Part shown: piece by piece, positions 47,085 to 57,125 of the stretch
How the letters are laid out: every line of letters starts with the position of its first letter
Numbering within the stretch: position 1 is the stretch's first letter
NCBI GenBank assembly: GCA_963555985.3
Contig: OY820591.1
Coordinates: 2,368,001-2,432,000 of the forward strand
Direction of reading: 5' to 3'
Length of the DNA stretch: 64,000 nucleotides
Origin: Dehalococcoidia bacterium
Lineage (GTDB): Bacteria; Chloroflexota; Dehalococcoidia; Bin125
Program-made: the position numbers and the translations under genes
The notes under the pieces: model-generated
What the model was told of the DNA's origin: nothing
Databases searched by the model: none
Seen by the model: the letters and a program-made list of their open reading frames with translations, nothing else

Positions 47085-48785
47085 TTACATCTCGTCGGGC
47101 GCGTCGACGCCGATCAGGGAGAGTGCGGCGGCGAGCGCGGATTGGGCGGCGTGGGTGAGGGTGAGGCGGGCGGCGGATTGGCCGGGTTGTTGAGGGTCGA
47201 CGACGCGGCAGTGGTCGTAGAACTGGGTGAAGGCCTGGGCAAGTTCGAGGGCGTAGGTGGTGAGGTGATGGGGTTCGCGGCGGGCGGCCATGTCGGCGAC
47301 GAGCTCGGGCAGGCGGAGGATGGCGGCGATCAGGGCGTCTTCGCGCTCGTCGGTGAGTAGGGAGAGGTCGGCGTTGTCGCTGGCGACGTTCTGTTCGGCG
47401 GCGGTGCGGACGATGCTGGCGCAGCGGGCGTGAGCGTACTGGACGTAGGAGACGGGGTTCTGGCGGGGGTCTTGCGAAGTGGCGGCTTCGAGATCGAAGT
47501 CCATCTGGGCGTCGGCGGAGCGCTGGAGGAGAAAGAAGCGAGTGGCGTCGGCGCCGACTTCTTCGACCAGTTCGCGCAAAGTGACAAGTTCGCCGGTGCG
47601 CTTGGACATGCGGACGCGCTCCTGGCCTCGGCGCAGGTGGACGAGTTGGTAGAGGAGGACTTCGAGGTTGTCGCCGTCGCCGCCGACGGCGGTGACGGCA
47701 GCCTTGGTGCGGGCGACGTGGCCCTGGTGGTCAGCGCCCCAGACGTCGATCACGGTGTCGAAGCCGCGCTCGATGAACTTGTTGTAGTGGTAGGCGACAT
47801 CGCTGGCGAAGTAGGTGGGTTCGCCGCTGGAGCGGATGAGGACGTTGTCCTTGTCTTCGCCGAGGGCGTCGGAGCGGAACCAGACTGCGCCCTCTTTCTC
47901 GATCACGCAGCCGCCTTCGCGGAGGCGGGACATGGAGACGGCGTAGGGAGTTTCGTGGTCGGAGTGTTCGGTTGCGTGTCCGTAGAGGGCGCGTTCGGAC
48001 TGCCAGTGGTCGAATTCGACTCGGAGTTGGCGCAGGTCTTCGCGGATTTGGTCGACCATCAGCTCGAGGCCGAGGTCGGTGAGGGATTGGGGTGGATCGT
48101 CGCTGCTTTGCAGCCAGCGTTGGCCGTGATCGGCGGCGATCTGCTGGGCTAGTTCGACGACGTAGGCACCCTGGTAGCCGCCTTCGGGCAGGGGCGCTTC
48201 GTGTCCGAAGTGCTGGCGGTAGCGGGCGAAGAGGGTGCGACCGAAGAGGCGGATTTGAGCGCCGGCGTCGTTGACATAGTACTCGCGCTGGACGTCGTAG
48301 CCGGCGGCGTCGAGGACGGTGGCGAGCGCGTCGCCCAGCACCGCGCCGCGGCCGTTGCCGACCTGGAGGGGTCCGGTGGGGTTGGCGGAGACGAACTCGA
48401 CTTGGACACGTTGTCCGGCGCCGGCGTTGATGCGTCCCCAGTTTGCTCCGGCGGCGACGACGCTGCGGAGTTGGTCGCGTTTCCAGGCGGGATCGAGGCG
48501 GAGGTTGAGGAATCCGGGGCGGGCGACTTCGACGGCGGCGATAGGTTCGCTGCGGCTGATGCGGGCGGCGATGCGTTCGGCGACCTGCATGGGGGGCATC
48601 CGCACGGCTGAGGCGAGTCTGAGGGCGACGTTGCAGGCGTAGTCGCCGTGCTCGCGCTTCTGGGGGCGCTCGATTCGCAGTTCGGGCGGCGGGATCGGAG
48701 GGAGCGCGCCGTCGCGCTGGGCGTGTTCGAGCGCGAGTCGGATCGCGTCGGCGATCAAGTCGCGGGTGTCGGCGGTGTTGGTCAT
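47085..48785 (-). CDS. argS: Arginine-tRNA ligase
   Basis: GDYACN, EFVSANPTGPL, EYYVNDAGAQ, GADHQG, MSKRTG, YVQYAHAR. Confidence 0.96.
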   Translation of the reverse strand: MTNTADTRDLIADAIRLALEHAQRDGALPPIPPPELRIERPQKREHGDYACNVALRLASAVRMPPMQVAERIAARISRSEPIAAVEVARPGFLNLRLDPAWKRDQLRSVVAAGANWGRINAGAGQRVQVEFVSANPTGPLQVGNGRGAVLGDALATVLDAAGYDVQREYYVNDAGAQIRLFGRTLFARYRQHFGHEAPLPEGGYQGAYVVELAQQIAADHGQRWLQSSDDPPQSLTDLGLELMVDQIREDLRQLRVEFDHWQSERALYGHATEHSDHETPYAVSMSRLREGGCVIEKEGAVWFRSDALGEDKDNVLIRSSGEPTYFASDVAYHYNKFIERGFDTVIDVWGADHQGHVARTKAAVTAVGGDGDNLEVLLYQLVHLRRGQERVRMSKRTGELVTLRELVEEVGADATRFFLLQRSADAQMDFDLEAATSQDPRQNPVSYVQYAHARCASIVRTAAEQNVASDNADLSLLTDEREDALIAAILRLPELVADMAARREPHHLTTYALELAQAFTQFYDHCRVVDPQQPGQSAARLTLTHAAQSALAAALSLIGVDAPDEM

Positions 48786-48907
48786 GTCGTTACTCAGCGT
48801 AAGGCCGCGCAGTGTCTGCGCAGAGGGTCAGGATAATCGGAAGGCGGCGGGGGCGCTGTTGCGTTGGTGTCGTGCGCCTGCGTAGGAATGGCGGCAAGGG
48901 GAGGGTG

Positions 48908-51460
48908 TTAGTGGACGGCGGCGGCTCCGGCTACGTTGAAGTTGGCGGCTCTTTGGGCCAAGAGTTGGTGTTGGGGGGAGCGGAGGTTGGGGTCTTGGTC
49001 GAGGATGCGGTTGGCCCATTGGCGGGCTTGTTGGATGAGGTTGTGGTCGGTGAGTTTGGCGACTCGGAGATCGGGGAGTCCGGCTTGACGGGTTCCGAAG
49101 TATTCGCCCGGGCCTCGCATTTCGAGGTCGACTTCGGCGAGTTCGAAGCCGTCGGCGGTTTGTTCCATGATCTTGAGGCGGCGTTGGGCTTCTTCGCCGT
49201 CGGTGTCGGAGATGAGGTAGCAGACGGAGGGGAGATTGCTGCGGCCGACGCGGCCGCGGAGTTGGTGGAGTTGGGCGAGCCCGAAGCGGTCGGCGGCTTC
49301 GATGGCCATGACGGTGGCGTTGGGGAGATCGACGCCGACTTCGACGACGATGGTAGAGACGAGGACATGGGCGCGTCCGGTGGTGAGATCGGCCATGACG
49401 GACTGTTTCTCGTCTGAGGCCATGCGTCCGTGCAGGAGTCTCATGCGGGGGGCGAGATCGGCGAGGGGGCCGTCCCTGAGGCGTTCGAATTCGGCGGTTG
49501 CGGCGGCTGCGTCGATCTCTTCGGACTCTTCGACCAGGGGGCAGATGATGAAGGACTGCCGGCCCGCCTGGGCTTCCTCGCGGATGCGTTGGTAGACCTC
49601 GGCTCGTCGATCCTGGGTGACGACCTGCGTGGCGACGCGCTGCCGACCCGGGGGAAGCTCGTTGATGACGGAGTTGTCGAGTTCGCCATAGATGGTGAGC
49701 GAGAGTGTGCGGGGGATGGGGGTGGCGGTCATTACGAGCAGGTGGGGGCTTGCGCCTTTGCCGCGCAGGGCGTCGCGCTGGAGCACGCCGAAGCGGTGCT
49801 GTTCGTCAACGATGGCGAGTCCGAGTTGTTTGAAGCCGGCGTCTTCCTGGATCAGGGCGTGGGTGCCGACGACAAGATCGAGGCTGCCCGACTCCATGCC
49901 CTCGCGGATCTCGTGCTTGCGGGAGGTTTTGACGCTGCCGGTGAGCAGGGCCATGCGGAGGGGACGGCCTAGGGCGGAGACGATCGAATAGTCGTAGAAG
50001 ACGGAATCGCCGGTACCGGTGAAGAGTCGGTGGAAGGTCTGGAAGTGCTGATTGGCGAGCACCTCGGTCGGGGCCATGAGGGCGGTCTGGTAGCCGGCCT
50101 TGACGGCGGCGAGCATGGCGGCGGCGGCGACGACGGTTTTGCCGGAACCGACGTCGCCTTGCAGGAGTCTCGCCATCGGTTCGCGGCGGGCGATGTCGTT
50201 GCGGATGTCAGTGAGGGCGCGGCTCTGGGCGGCGGTAAGTTCGAAGGGGAGGGCGGCGAGATATTGATCGAGGAAGTCGCCGCTCATGACGATGGGCGGG
50301 GCGTCGGCGCGGCGGCGGGCCTCGCGGCGGCGGGAGAGGACAGCGAGCTGGATGGCGAGCAGTTCCTGGAAGGCGATGCGTTCGCGGGCGCGTTCGCGCT
50401 GTTCGAGGTCGTCGGGGAAGTGCATGGCGCGGATGGCGTCGGGTTCGGAGGGGAAGTTGAGCTCGCGCAGCAGCGGTTGGGGCAGCGATTCGGCCAGCAG
50501 ATTGGCGTAGTCGCGGACGGCGGCGTGTGCGAGGCGGCGAATGGTGCGGTTGGTCAATCCCTGAGTGCGGGGATAGACGGGTGCGAGACGGCCGACATGG
50601 GCGGTGTCGTCGCTGGGATCGTCGAGGCGTTCCCATTCGGGAGATTCCATCACCAAGCGGCGACCGCGGTGACCGATTTTGCCTGAGAGTCCGACCCGCG
50701 TGCCGGGCTTGAGCGTGTTGGAGATCCAGCGTTGCCCCCACCACTGGACCTGGAGCGCGCCGGAGGCGTCGGCGACGACAGCTTCGGTGAGGACACGCTT
50801 GTTGCGCAGGTACTTGGTGTCGCAGGAACGGACTTCGGCGACGACGGTGACGGTCTCGCCGACGCTGAGGGCGGCGATGGAGCGCACGTCGCTCCAGTCC
50901 TGGTGTCTGATGGGCATGTGCCAGAGGAGGTCGTAGATGGTTTCGACGCCGATGCGGGCGAAGCCTCTGCGAGCGTCGGCGCGGATTGGGCCGAGCGTGG
51001 TGATGGGTTGCGCGAGCGGGTTGGTCGGATCTGTGGCGGAGGGAGCTTTTGCTCTCGAGCGCTGGCGCGGGGACCCCCCTCTGTCCCTGCGGGACATCTC
51101 CCCCCGCGATGCTGGGGGAGAGTTGGTTGGGTCACTGGGCAATGATTTTCGACGCGGGTTGGCGGATTTGGCGGGCGGCGCGCCCGGTTGGAGGGCCTCC
51201 AAGACACGCTCGGCCCACTCGGAGCGCTGCTTCGGGCTGAGCTTGGCGAACCCGCCTCCGCCCGGGGGCAGATCGGCGACGAAGCGTTTCAGGACTCGGG
51301 GTTGGCTCGGGGAGTTGAGGGCGCGTTGGAGGAACTGATCGACGGCGCGGGCGGTGGCGTCGTTGTCCCAGCCGGTTCGTCGCTGAGTGTCCAGAATTCT
51401 CAGCAACGCCTCGGCGGTCGCCGGGGCTGAGGGGGCTTGCGGCCGTCCCGATTCGGACAT
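48908..51460 (-). CDS. recG: ATP-dependent DNA helicase RecG with N-terminal extension
   Basis: QGDVGSGKT, DEQHRFG, TATPIPR, LHQLRGRVGR, RGPGE. Confidence 0.96.
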   Translation of the reverse strand: MSESGRPQAPSAPATAEALLRILDTQRRTGWDNDATARAVDQFLQRALNSPSQPRVLKRFVADLPPGGGGFAKLSPKQRSEWAERVLEALQPGAPPAKSANPRRKSLPSDPTNSPPASRGEMSRRDRGGSPRQRSRAKAPSATDPTNPLAQPITTLGPIRADARRGFARIGVETIYDLLWHMPIRHQDWSDVRSIAALSVGETVTVVAEVRSCDTKYLRNKRVLTEAVVADASGALQVQWWGQRWISNTLKPGTRVGLSGKIGHRGRRLVMESPEWERLDDPSDDTAHVGRLAPVYPRTQGLTNRTIRRLAHAAVRDYANLLAESLPQPLLRELNFPSEPDAIRAMHFPDDLEQRERARERIAFQELLAIQLAVLSRRREARRRADAPPIVMSGDFLDQYLAALPFELTAAQSRALTDIRNDIARREPMARLLQGDVGSGKTVVAAAAMLAAVKAGYQTALMAPTEVLANQHFQTFHRLFTGTGDSVFYDYSIVSALGRPLRMALLTGSVKTSRKHEIREGMESGSLDLVVGTHALIQEDAGFKQLGLAIVDEQHRFGVLQRDALRGKGASPHLLVMTATPIPRTLSLTIYGELDNSVINELPPGRQRVATQVVTQDRRAEVYQRIREEAQAGRQSFIICPLVEESEEIDAAAATAEFERLRDGPLADLAPRMRLLHGRMASDEKQSVMADLTTGRAHVLVSTIVVEVGVDLPNATVMAIEAADRFGLAQLHQLRGRVGRSNLPSVCYLISDTDGEEAQRRLKIMEQTADGFELAEVDLEMRGPGEYFGTRQAGLPDLRVAKLTDHNLIQQARQWANRILDQDPNLRSPQHQLLAQRAANFNVAGAAAVH
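51073..51122 (+). repeat. CCCCCTCTG element inside the recG coding sequence
   Basis: Near-identical to intergenic 52451-52500, translated as SPPASRGEMSRRDRGG. Confidence 0.88.
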
Positions 51461-52311
51461 CAGGCGGGCCGCATCACCGCGACGCCGACGGTGCCGGGTC
51501 CAACGTGTGCGCCGATCGCGGGGCTGGTGAGAACGGTCTCGACGGGCATTCCGTCGCAGGCCTGGGAGATTCGTTGGGCGAGGGCGTCAGCGTCGTTCGG
51601 GGTGGCGCCGTGGAGGATGCCGACGCGCTGGGGCTGTCCTTCGGCCATGATGTGTGTGAAGAGGCGGTCGAGGGCTTTCTTGCGGGTGCGGGGGCGTTCG
51701 ATGTCGATGATTTCGCCGTCAACGAGTTCGAGCAGTGGTCTCATGCGGAGGAGGCGTCCGGCGAGGTGCCGGGCGCGCCCGATGCGTCCGCCGCGGAGGA
51801 GATAGTCGAGGGTTTCGACGAAGACGAGGATGCGAACCTGAGCGGCGGTGTCGCGCGCGGCCTGGGCAGCTTCGGCGGCGGTCGCTCCGGCTTGGGCGGC
51901 TGCGAGCGCGGCTTCGGCGGCCCAGCCAACGCCCAATGATGCGGAGAGGGTATCAACAACCTCGACCTTGACTCCGTTTTCGAGCAGTCCTGCGCCCTGG
52001 CGGGCGGAATTGACGGTGCCCGAGAGCTTGCCGCTGACGTGAACGGAGACAATTTCGTCCACATCCTCGCTGGCGGCAAGTCCGGCGTAAGCGTCGCGGA
52101 AAGCGCCGGGGGCGGGCTGGGAGGTGGTGGGGAGTTCACCTCCGGCGGAAAGGGTGCGTTGCATTCGTTGCCAGAATTCGTCTTTGCCGAGGTTGACACC
52201 GTCTTCAAAGACTTCGTCGCCGAATTGCAAGTGGATGGGGACGACGTGGATGTCCGGGATCTGGCCTTGTTCGAGGTCGGAGGTGGAGTCGGTGACGATG
52301 GCGACGGACAT
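51460..52311 (-). CDS. DegV family fatty-acid-binding protein (FakB)
   Basis: IVTDSTSDL, TSQP, SGKLSGT, LDYLLRGGRIG, HVGPG. Confidence 0.93.
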   Translation of the reverse strand: MSVAIVTDSTSDLEQGQIPDIHVVPIHLQFGDEVFEDGVNLGKDEFWQRMQRTLSAGGELPTTSQPAPGAFRDAYAGLAASEDVDEIVSVHVSGKLSGTVNSARQGAGLLENGVKVEVVDTLSASLGVGWAAEAALAAAQAGATAAEAAQAARDTAAQVRILVFVETLDYLLRGGRIGRARHLAGRLLRMRPLLELVDGEIIDIERPRTRKKALDRLFTHIMAEGQPQRVGILHGATPNDADALAQRISQACDGMPVETVLTSPAIGAHVGPGTVGVAVMRPA

Positions 52312-52450
52312 GTGCTTTGTGTCTCTTTCGCGGCCGGGCCCAGCGGGTGTCGCTATGGGCGCGGGGATGGCTTGGCCTGCACGATTACCGTAGCGAACGG
52401 GGTTGGTCTTGCGGGTGTTGGGGATGGCGCGGCGACGGCGATCCGGGCGG

Positions 52451-52500
52451 ACCCCCCTCTGTCACTTCGTGACATCTCCCCCCGCGATGCGGGGGGAGAG
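52451..52500 (+). repeat. CCCCCTCTG two-hairpin element
   Basis: ACCCCCCTCTGTCACTTCGTGACATCTCCCCCCGCGATGCGGGGGGAGAG. Confidence 0.88.
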
Positions 52501-52521
52501 TGGCTGTGGTTGCTTACTGCT

Positions 52522-54141
52522 CTATTCGAGGGCCAGGAGCCAAGGGTAGTGGGGTTGTCCGCCGGGGATGAGTTCGACTTCGAGGTCGGTGGCGTTGGCG
52601 ATGGCTTGGGCGAGTTCTTCGGCTTGGTCTTCGGTGATGTTGTCGCCCCAGTAGAGGGTGAGCAGGGAACCGTCTCCGGATTGGGCCATGCGCGCGGCTA
52701 GGGAGAGTGCGACTTCGGTCGAGGTTTGGCCGGATTCGACGATTTGTCCGTTGAGCATGGCGAAGGGTTGGCCTTGCCGGAGAGGGGTGTCGCCTTCGAG
52801 GGTGCGGGCGGCGTAGGTGACCTGGCCGACGCTGACGGCGTCGAGGCCTTCGGTCATTTCGGAGACCACATCTTCGACGGGGACACCGCCGATGACCGAG
52901 GCGAGAGCGGCGACGCCTTCGGCCTGGCTGTCGGTGTCGATGATGTGGAAGCGCTGGGCGTCGTCGGCTGCGGCGGCGAGTTCTCCGGCTCGCTGGGCGG
53001 CGGGGGTGACGTTGTGGTGGTTGGGGAGGACGATGACGTCTACTCCCTTCACCGACTCGGCGGCTGAGAGGAGCATTTCGACGGAGGGATTGTCGGAGGC
53101 GCCGCCGCTGACCAGGGCGGCTGCGCCGAGCTCGCGGAAGACTTCGACGAAGCCAGCGCCCTGGACGACAGCGACGACGGCTGGGTCGGTATCGGCCTCG
53201 TGGGTGCGCGCGGCTTGCTGGCGCATATCGACGGCGCGGAAGGCTCGGAGCGCGCCCGCTTCTGAGGCGGCGGTGTAGGCGAGTTCGGGTTCGGTGGTGT
53301 GGAGGTGGATGCGGAGATCGTCGCCGTCGGGGGCGAGCATGACGGTCTCGTCTTCGCCTTCGAGGGCGGCTTTGAGATCGTCGGGGGCGGCGACGCCGCT
53401 GACGACCAGCTCGGTACAGAAGCCGTCGAATTCGCCTTCGACATCAAGGCGACGGGCGAGCCAGCCCGGATCGATTGAGCCGAGTTCCTGGGGCAGCTCG
53501 GGAATTTCTTCACCGGCCAATGCGCCGGTCATGCCTCGGAGCATGAACTCAAGGCCTCTTGCACCGGCGTCCACGACACCGGCGTCGGCAAGGACGGGAT
53601 TTTGCTCGGGGGTGCGTTCGACCGATTCAGCGGCGGCTTGGGCGGCGATCTGCATGAGCGCGAGGGGGTTGGCGGCGCTCGCCTCGGCGACGTGTTGGGC
53701 GGTGTCGCGGGCGACGGAGATCATGGTGCCGTCGCGGGGTTCGGAGACGGCGTGCAAGGCTGCGTCGGCGGCTGCGGTCAGCGCATGGGCGAGCGTGCCT
53801 GCATCGGGAGCATCGGTGTTAGCGAGTCCGTTGGAGAATCCGCGCAGCCATTGCGCGCCGATCACGCCGGAGCTGCCGCGCCCGCCGAGCAAGGCGGCGG
53901 AGGCGGCGGTGGAAGCGACGGTGTAGGCGCTCGCGCCGGGTTCGAGTGCGTCGGCGGCCTGGAGGGCGGCGGCGAGGGTGCGTCCGAGGTTTGCGCCGGT
54001 GTCGCCATCGGGGACGGGGAAGACGTTGATCTGGTTGAGCGCCTCACGATGGAGGGCGACCCAGCCGGCGGCGCCGGCGATCATGCGGCGCATCGCCTCG
54101 CCGTCCAGCGCGTGTTCGCTTGCGCTCTGTGGTTGGGTCAT
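52522..54141 (-). CDS. DAK2-domain fatty acid kinase subunit A (FakA)
   Basis: INVFPVPDGDTG, GVVDAGARG, FCTE, NPS, GGQPHY. Confidence 0.92.
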   Translation of the reverse strand: MTQPQSASEHALDGEAMRRMIAGAAGWVALHREALNQINVFPVPDGDTGANLGRTLAAALQAADALEPGASAYTVASTAASAALLGGRGSSGVIGAQWLRGFSNGLANTDAPDAGTLAHALTAAADAALHAVSEPRDGTMISVARDTAQHVAEASAANPLALMQIAAQAAAESVERTPEQNPVLADAGVVDAGARGLEFMLRGMTGALAGEEIPELPQELGSIDPGWLARRLDVEGEFDGFCTELVVSGVAAPDDLKAALEGEDETVMLAPDGDDLRIHLHTTEPELAYTAASEAGALRAFRAVDMRQQAARTHEADTDPAVVAVVQGAGFVEVFRELGAAALVSGGASDNPSVEMLLSAAESVKGVDVIVLPNHHNVTPAAQRAGELAAAADDAQRFHIIDTDSQAEGVAALASVIGGVPVEDVVSEMTEGLDAVSVGQVTYAARTLEGDTPLRQGQPFAMLNGQIVESGQTSTEVALSLAARMAQSGDGSLLTLYWGDNITEDQAEELAQAIANATDLEVELIPGGQPHYPWLLALE

Positions 54142-54185
54142 CGTTTCATCCTCAAGGGCGCGGCGCGGTTGTGGCGTGGGTATCG

Positions 54186-54213
54186 TTGCCCGCGCGGGGG
54201 GTACTGGTATGAT
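54186..54213 (+). promoter_or_regulatory. Putative sigma70 promoter of rpmB
   Basis: TTGCCC-N16-TATGAT with extended TG. Confidence 0.45.
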
Positions 54214-54269
54214 ACGGCGCAGACGCGCTCGGAGAGCAGGGCGCGCAAGCGCGTACAAGGGCAGTGGCG

Positions 54270-54485
54270 ATGGCCGGCAAGTGCGATCTCTGCGAGAAGC
54301 GGACGAGTTTCGGACGCAACATCCGGCACAAGCACTCCGGTCGCTGGAAGCGGAAGGCGCCGCGCACGTCGCGGACCTTCAAGCCGAACGTGCACCGCCA
54401 CAAGCTGACGATTGACGGTAAGACGGTACGTCTGAACGTCTGCACTGGCTGCCTGCGCACCATGATGAAGCGGCTCGCGGCGTAA
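54270..54485 (+). CDS. rpmB: 50S ribosomal protein L28 (Zn-binding form)
   Basis: CDLC...RTFKPN...VCTGCLR, divergent from the DAK2 gene as commonly seen. Confidence 0.93.
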   Translation: MAGKCDLCEKRTSFGRNIRHKHSGRWKRKAPRTSRTFKPNVHRHKLTIDGKTVRLNVCTGCLRTMMKRLAA

Positions 54486-54661
54486 GCGCCACGGGAATTG
54501 CCGCAGATCGGATCGGACCGCTCCCTCACTGACCCAGACCGGCGGACGAAGCGTCCGCGCATCCCTTAACGACTTGTGCCCAACGGCGTGAGGGCATTTG
54601 TCCGAAGCGCCGAACTATTTTCGAGACCGCACTGCAGACCACGGAACCGAGACTGAACGAG

Positions 54662-55138
54662 ATGCGAATTTACGTCGGAAACCTGCCGTTCCGAACCACC
54701 ACGGACGAGTTGCGCGATTTGTTCGCCGAGCACGGCGTCGTGCAAGATTGCGTGATCCCGGTTGATCGCGACACCGGTCGCTCGCGCGGCTTTGGCTTTG
54801 TCGACATGGATGACGAAGAGGCCCAAGGCGCGATCACCGCGCTGGACGGCGCCGACCTAGACGGTCGCCAACTGCGGGTGAACGAAGCGCGACCGCGCGG
54901 CGGCGGTGGTGGCGGTGGCGGCGGCTACCGCGACGATCGCGGCGGTGGCGGCGGTGGCGGCGGTGGCTACCGTGAGGATCGCGGGGGCGGCTACCGCGAC
55001 GATCGCGGCGGCTATCGAGAGGATCGCGGGAGCGGCCAGCGCGGCGGTGGCGGCTACCGTGACGACCGCGAACCGCGCTACACCGATCGCGGGCGTCGGG
55101 ACAGTTACGGCGGCGGCGGACGAGAGCGCCGCTGGTAG
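54662..55138 (+). CDS. RRM RNA-binding protein with Gly/Arg/Tyr-rich tail
   Basis: RNP2 IYVGNL, RNP1 RGFGFVDM, VNEARPR. Confidence 0.95.
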   Translation: MRIYVGNLPFRTTTDELRDLFAEHGVVQDCVIPVDRDTGRSRGFGFVDMDDEEAQGAITALDGADLDGRQLRVNEARPRGGGGGGGGGYRDDRGGGGGGGGGYREDRGGGYRDDRGGYREDRGSGQRGGGGYRDDREPRYTDRGRRDSYGGGGRERRW

Positions 55139-55152
55139 ACGCTGCCGGGTCT

Positions 55153-56292
55153 TTGTCGGGCCCCGACCAGGTCCAGGTGCACGAACTTGGCTTCGGCCGT
55201 GAGGCCGAGCCGTTCATTGATGTGCTCTGGACGGTCTACGCGGACGATCCGAACTGGATTCCGACACTGCGCCGCGCTCAACGCGAGCGGCTGGATCCGG
55301 GCAAGACGCCGTTCCTGCGATACGGCCAGGCGCAGTTGTTCCTGGCCGAGCGAGGCGGGCGCGCGGTTGGCCGGATCTCGGCGCAGATCAATCCGCTGCA
55401 CGATGAGAAGTGGGGCGAACGGGCGGGGTTCTTCGGGCACTTCGACTGCCTCAACGATCCTGAAGCGGCGCGGGCGCTGTTCGAGGCTGCCGAACGCTGG
55501 CTTCGGGAGCGGGGCGCGAGTTTCGCGCGCGGGCCGTTCAGCTTCACGATCAACGATGAGTCGGGCTGTCTGGTGGAGGGCTTCGAGACGCCGCCGATGG
55601 TGGCGATGCCGCACGGACGGCGCTGGTTTCCCGAGCTGATTGAGGCGAACGGCTACGGCAAAGTCAAAGACCTGTGGGCGTATCGGTACCCGGTCGACTC
55701 AGAGTTGGAGGAGCGGCGGCAGCGGGCGTGGGAACGAATTCACGCGCATCCGCGTGTGCGGGTGCGGTCGTTCGAGAAACGAGCGCTGCGGCGTGACGTG
55801 CGGATCGCGGCGGAGATTTACAACGAGTCCTGGGCGGAGAACTGGGGCTCGGTGCCGATCACGCCGGAGGAGGCGGATCGGCTGGCGGACGATCTGGTGC
55901 AGTTCGCGGATCCGGAGCTGACAGCGATCATCGAGATCGACGGCGATCCGGCGGCGATGGTGATCGCGATTCCGAATCTGAATGAGTGCGCGCGGGATAT
56001 TGACGGGCGGCTGTTCCCGTTCGGTTGGGCGAAGCTGCTCTGGCGGTTGCGTCGGAGCCCGACAAGCGGGCGGGTGATGCTGCTAGGGGTGCGTCCGAAG
56101 TGGCGGATTCGGGAGTTCGCGCAGATTGGGGTGATGCTGACGGCGGAAGTACATGTGCGCGGTCGGGCGCACGGATATGAGTGGGCGGAGTTGGGCTGGG
56201 TGTTGGAGGACAACCGGTTGCTGAATCATCAGTTGGCGCGGACTCGGGCGGAGGTGAACAAGGTGTATCGAGTGTATGAGAAGGCGCTGTGA
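55153..56292 (+). CDS. GNAT-fold N-acyltransferase-like protein (YghO-like)
   Basis: YADDPNW.P, VGRISA, GFFG.F, ENWG..P, GVRPKWR, WVLEDN. Confidence 0.8.
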   Translation: MSGPDQVQVHELGFGREAEPFIDVLWTVYADDPNWIPTLRRAQRERLDPGKTPFLRYGQAQLFLAERGGRAVGRISAQINPLHDEKWGERAGFFGHFDCLNDPEAARALFEAAERWLRERGASFARGPFSFTINDESGCLVEGFETPPMVAMPHGRRWFPELIEANGYGKVKDLWAYRYPVDSELEERRQRAWERIHAHPRVRVRSFEKRALRRDVRIAAEIYNESWAENWGSVPITPEEADRLADDLVQFADPELTAIIEIDGDPAAMVIAIPNLNECARDIDGRLFPFGWAKLLWRLRRSPTSGRVMLLGVRPKWRIREFAQIGVMLTAEVHVRGRAHGYEWAELGWVLEDNRLLNHQLARTRAEVNKVYRVYEKAL

Positions 56293-56369
56293 GTGTGAGG
56301 GCGCGGATCGCACGATGTGAGGTCGGTGGTACGACCAGATAAGGAAGCAGCTTCGGACTTAGGAGGTTC

Positions 56370-56457
56370 GAGATTCCCGCCTGCGCGGGAATGACGGATT
56401 TTGGGGTTACGCGCAGGTCTCCTTGAGGGAGAGAGTTTCCTTCGACGCGCTCAGGCG
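56370..56457 (+). repeat. Palindromic cluster between convergent genes
   Basis: GAGATTCCCGCCTGCGCGGGAATGACGG, TTACGCGCAGGTCTC end, CTTCGACGCGCTCAGG. Confidence 0.8.
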
Positions 56458-57125
56458 GATAGGGCTTGGCGGAGGCGGGTAACGGCTTCGGTGACTGATT
56501 CGCGGTTGTTGTAGATGGCGGAGCCGGCTACTAGCCAGGTTGCGCCTGCATTGACGATCTGGTTGATGGTGGACTCGTTGACTCCGCCGTCTACGGCGAC
56601 CAGGGCTTCGGGGCGTCCGGCTTGAGCGAGCATTGCGCGGGCTTGGCGGATGCGGTTGAGGGATTCGGGGATGAAGGCTTGGCCTCCCCAGCCGGGGTTG
56701 ACGCTCATGATCTGGATGCGGTCGCAGACGGGGAGGACGGCTTCGAGTTCGGTGAGAGGGGTACCGGGGTTGAGGGTGACGCCGGCTTCTCGTCCGGCGG
56801 CGCGGATCTGTTGCAGGAGGCGGTGGGGGTGGCGGGTGGATTCGATGTGGATGGTGACGCAATCGACGCCGGCGTTGATGAAGTCGTCGAGGTGGCGTTC
56901 GGGTTCGGCGACCATGAGGTGGGCTTCGATGGGCAGTGCGGTGAGACCGCGCACGGCCTGGGCCATTTGAGCGCCAAAGGTGATGGGGGGGACGAAGTTT
57001 CCGTCCATTACGTCGAGCGAGATCCAGTCCACGCCGGCGGCTTCTGCGTCGTGGATCTGTTCGCCGAGGCGAGTCCAGTCGGCGCTGAGGATGGAGGGGG
57101 CGAGTTGGATGTTGGGGCGGCTCAC
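56451..57125 (-). CDS. rpe: Ribulose-phosphate 3-epimerase
   Basis: APSILSAD, DVMDG.FVP, MSVNPG.GGQ, VDGG. Confidence 0.95.
   Translation of the reverse strand: MSRPNIQLAPSILSADWTRLGEQIHDAEAAGVDWISLDVMDGNFVPPITFGAQMAQAVRGLTALPIEAHLMVAEPERHLDDFINAGVDCVTIHIESTRHPHRLLQQIRAAGREAGVTLNPGTPLTELEAVLPVCDRIQIMSVNPGWGGQAFIPESLNRIRQARAMLAQAGRPEALVAVDGGVNESTINQIVNAGATWLVAGSAIYNNRESVTEAVTRLRQALSA

Noticed and set aside
48786-48907. T-box riboswitch upstream of argS-trpS (also checked upstream of argD, 61806-62034)
   Set aside because: No T-box consensus (AAGGTGGNACCGCG-like) or terminator/antiterminator found on the coding strand
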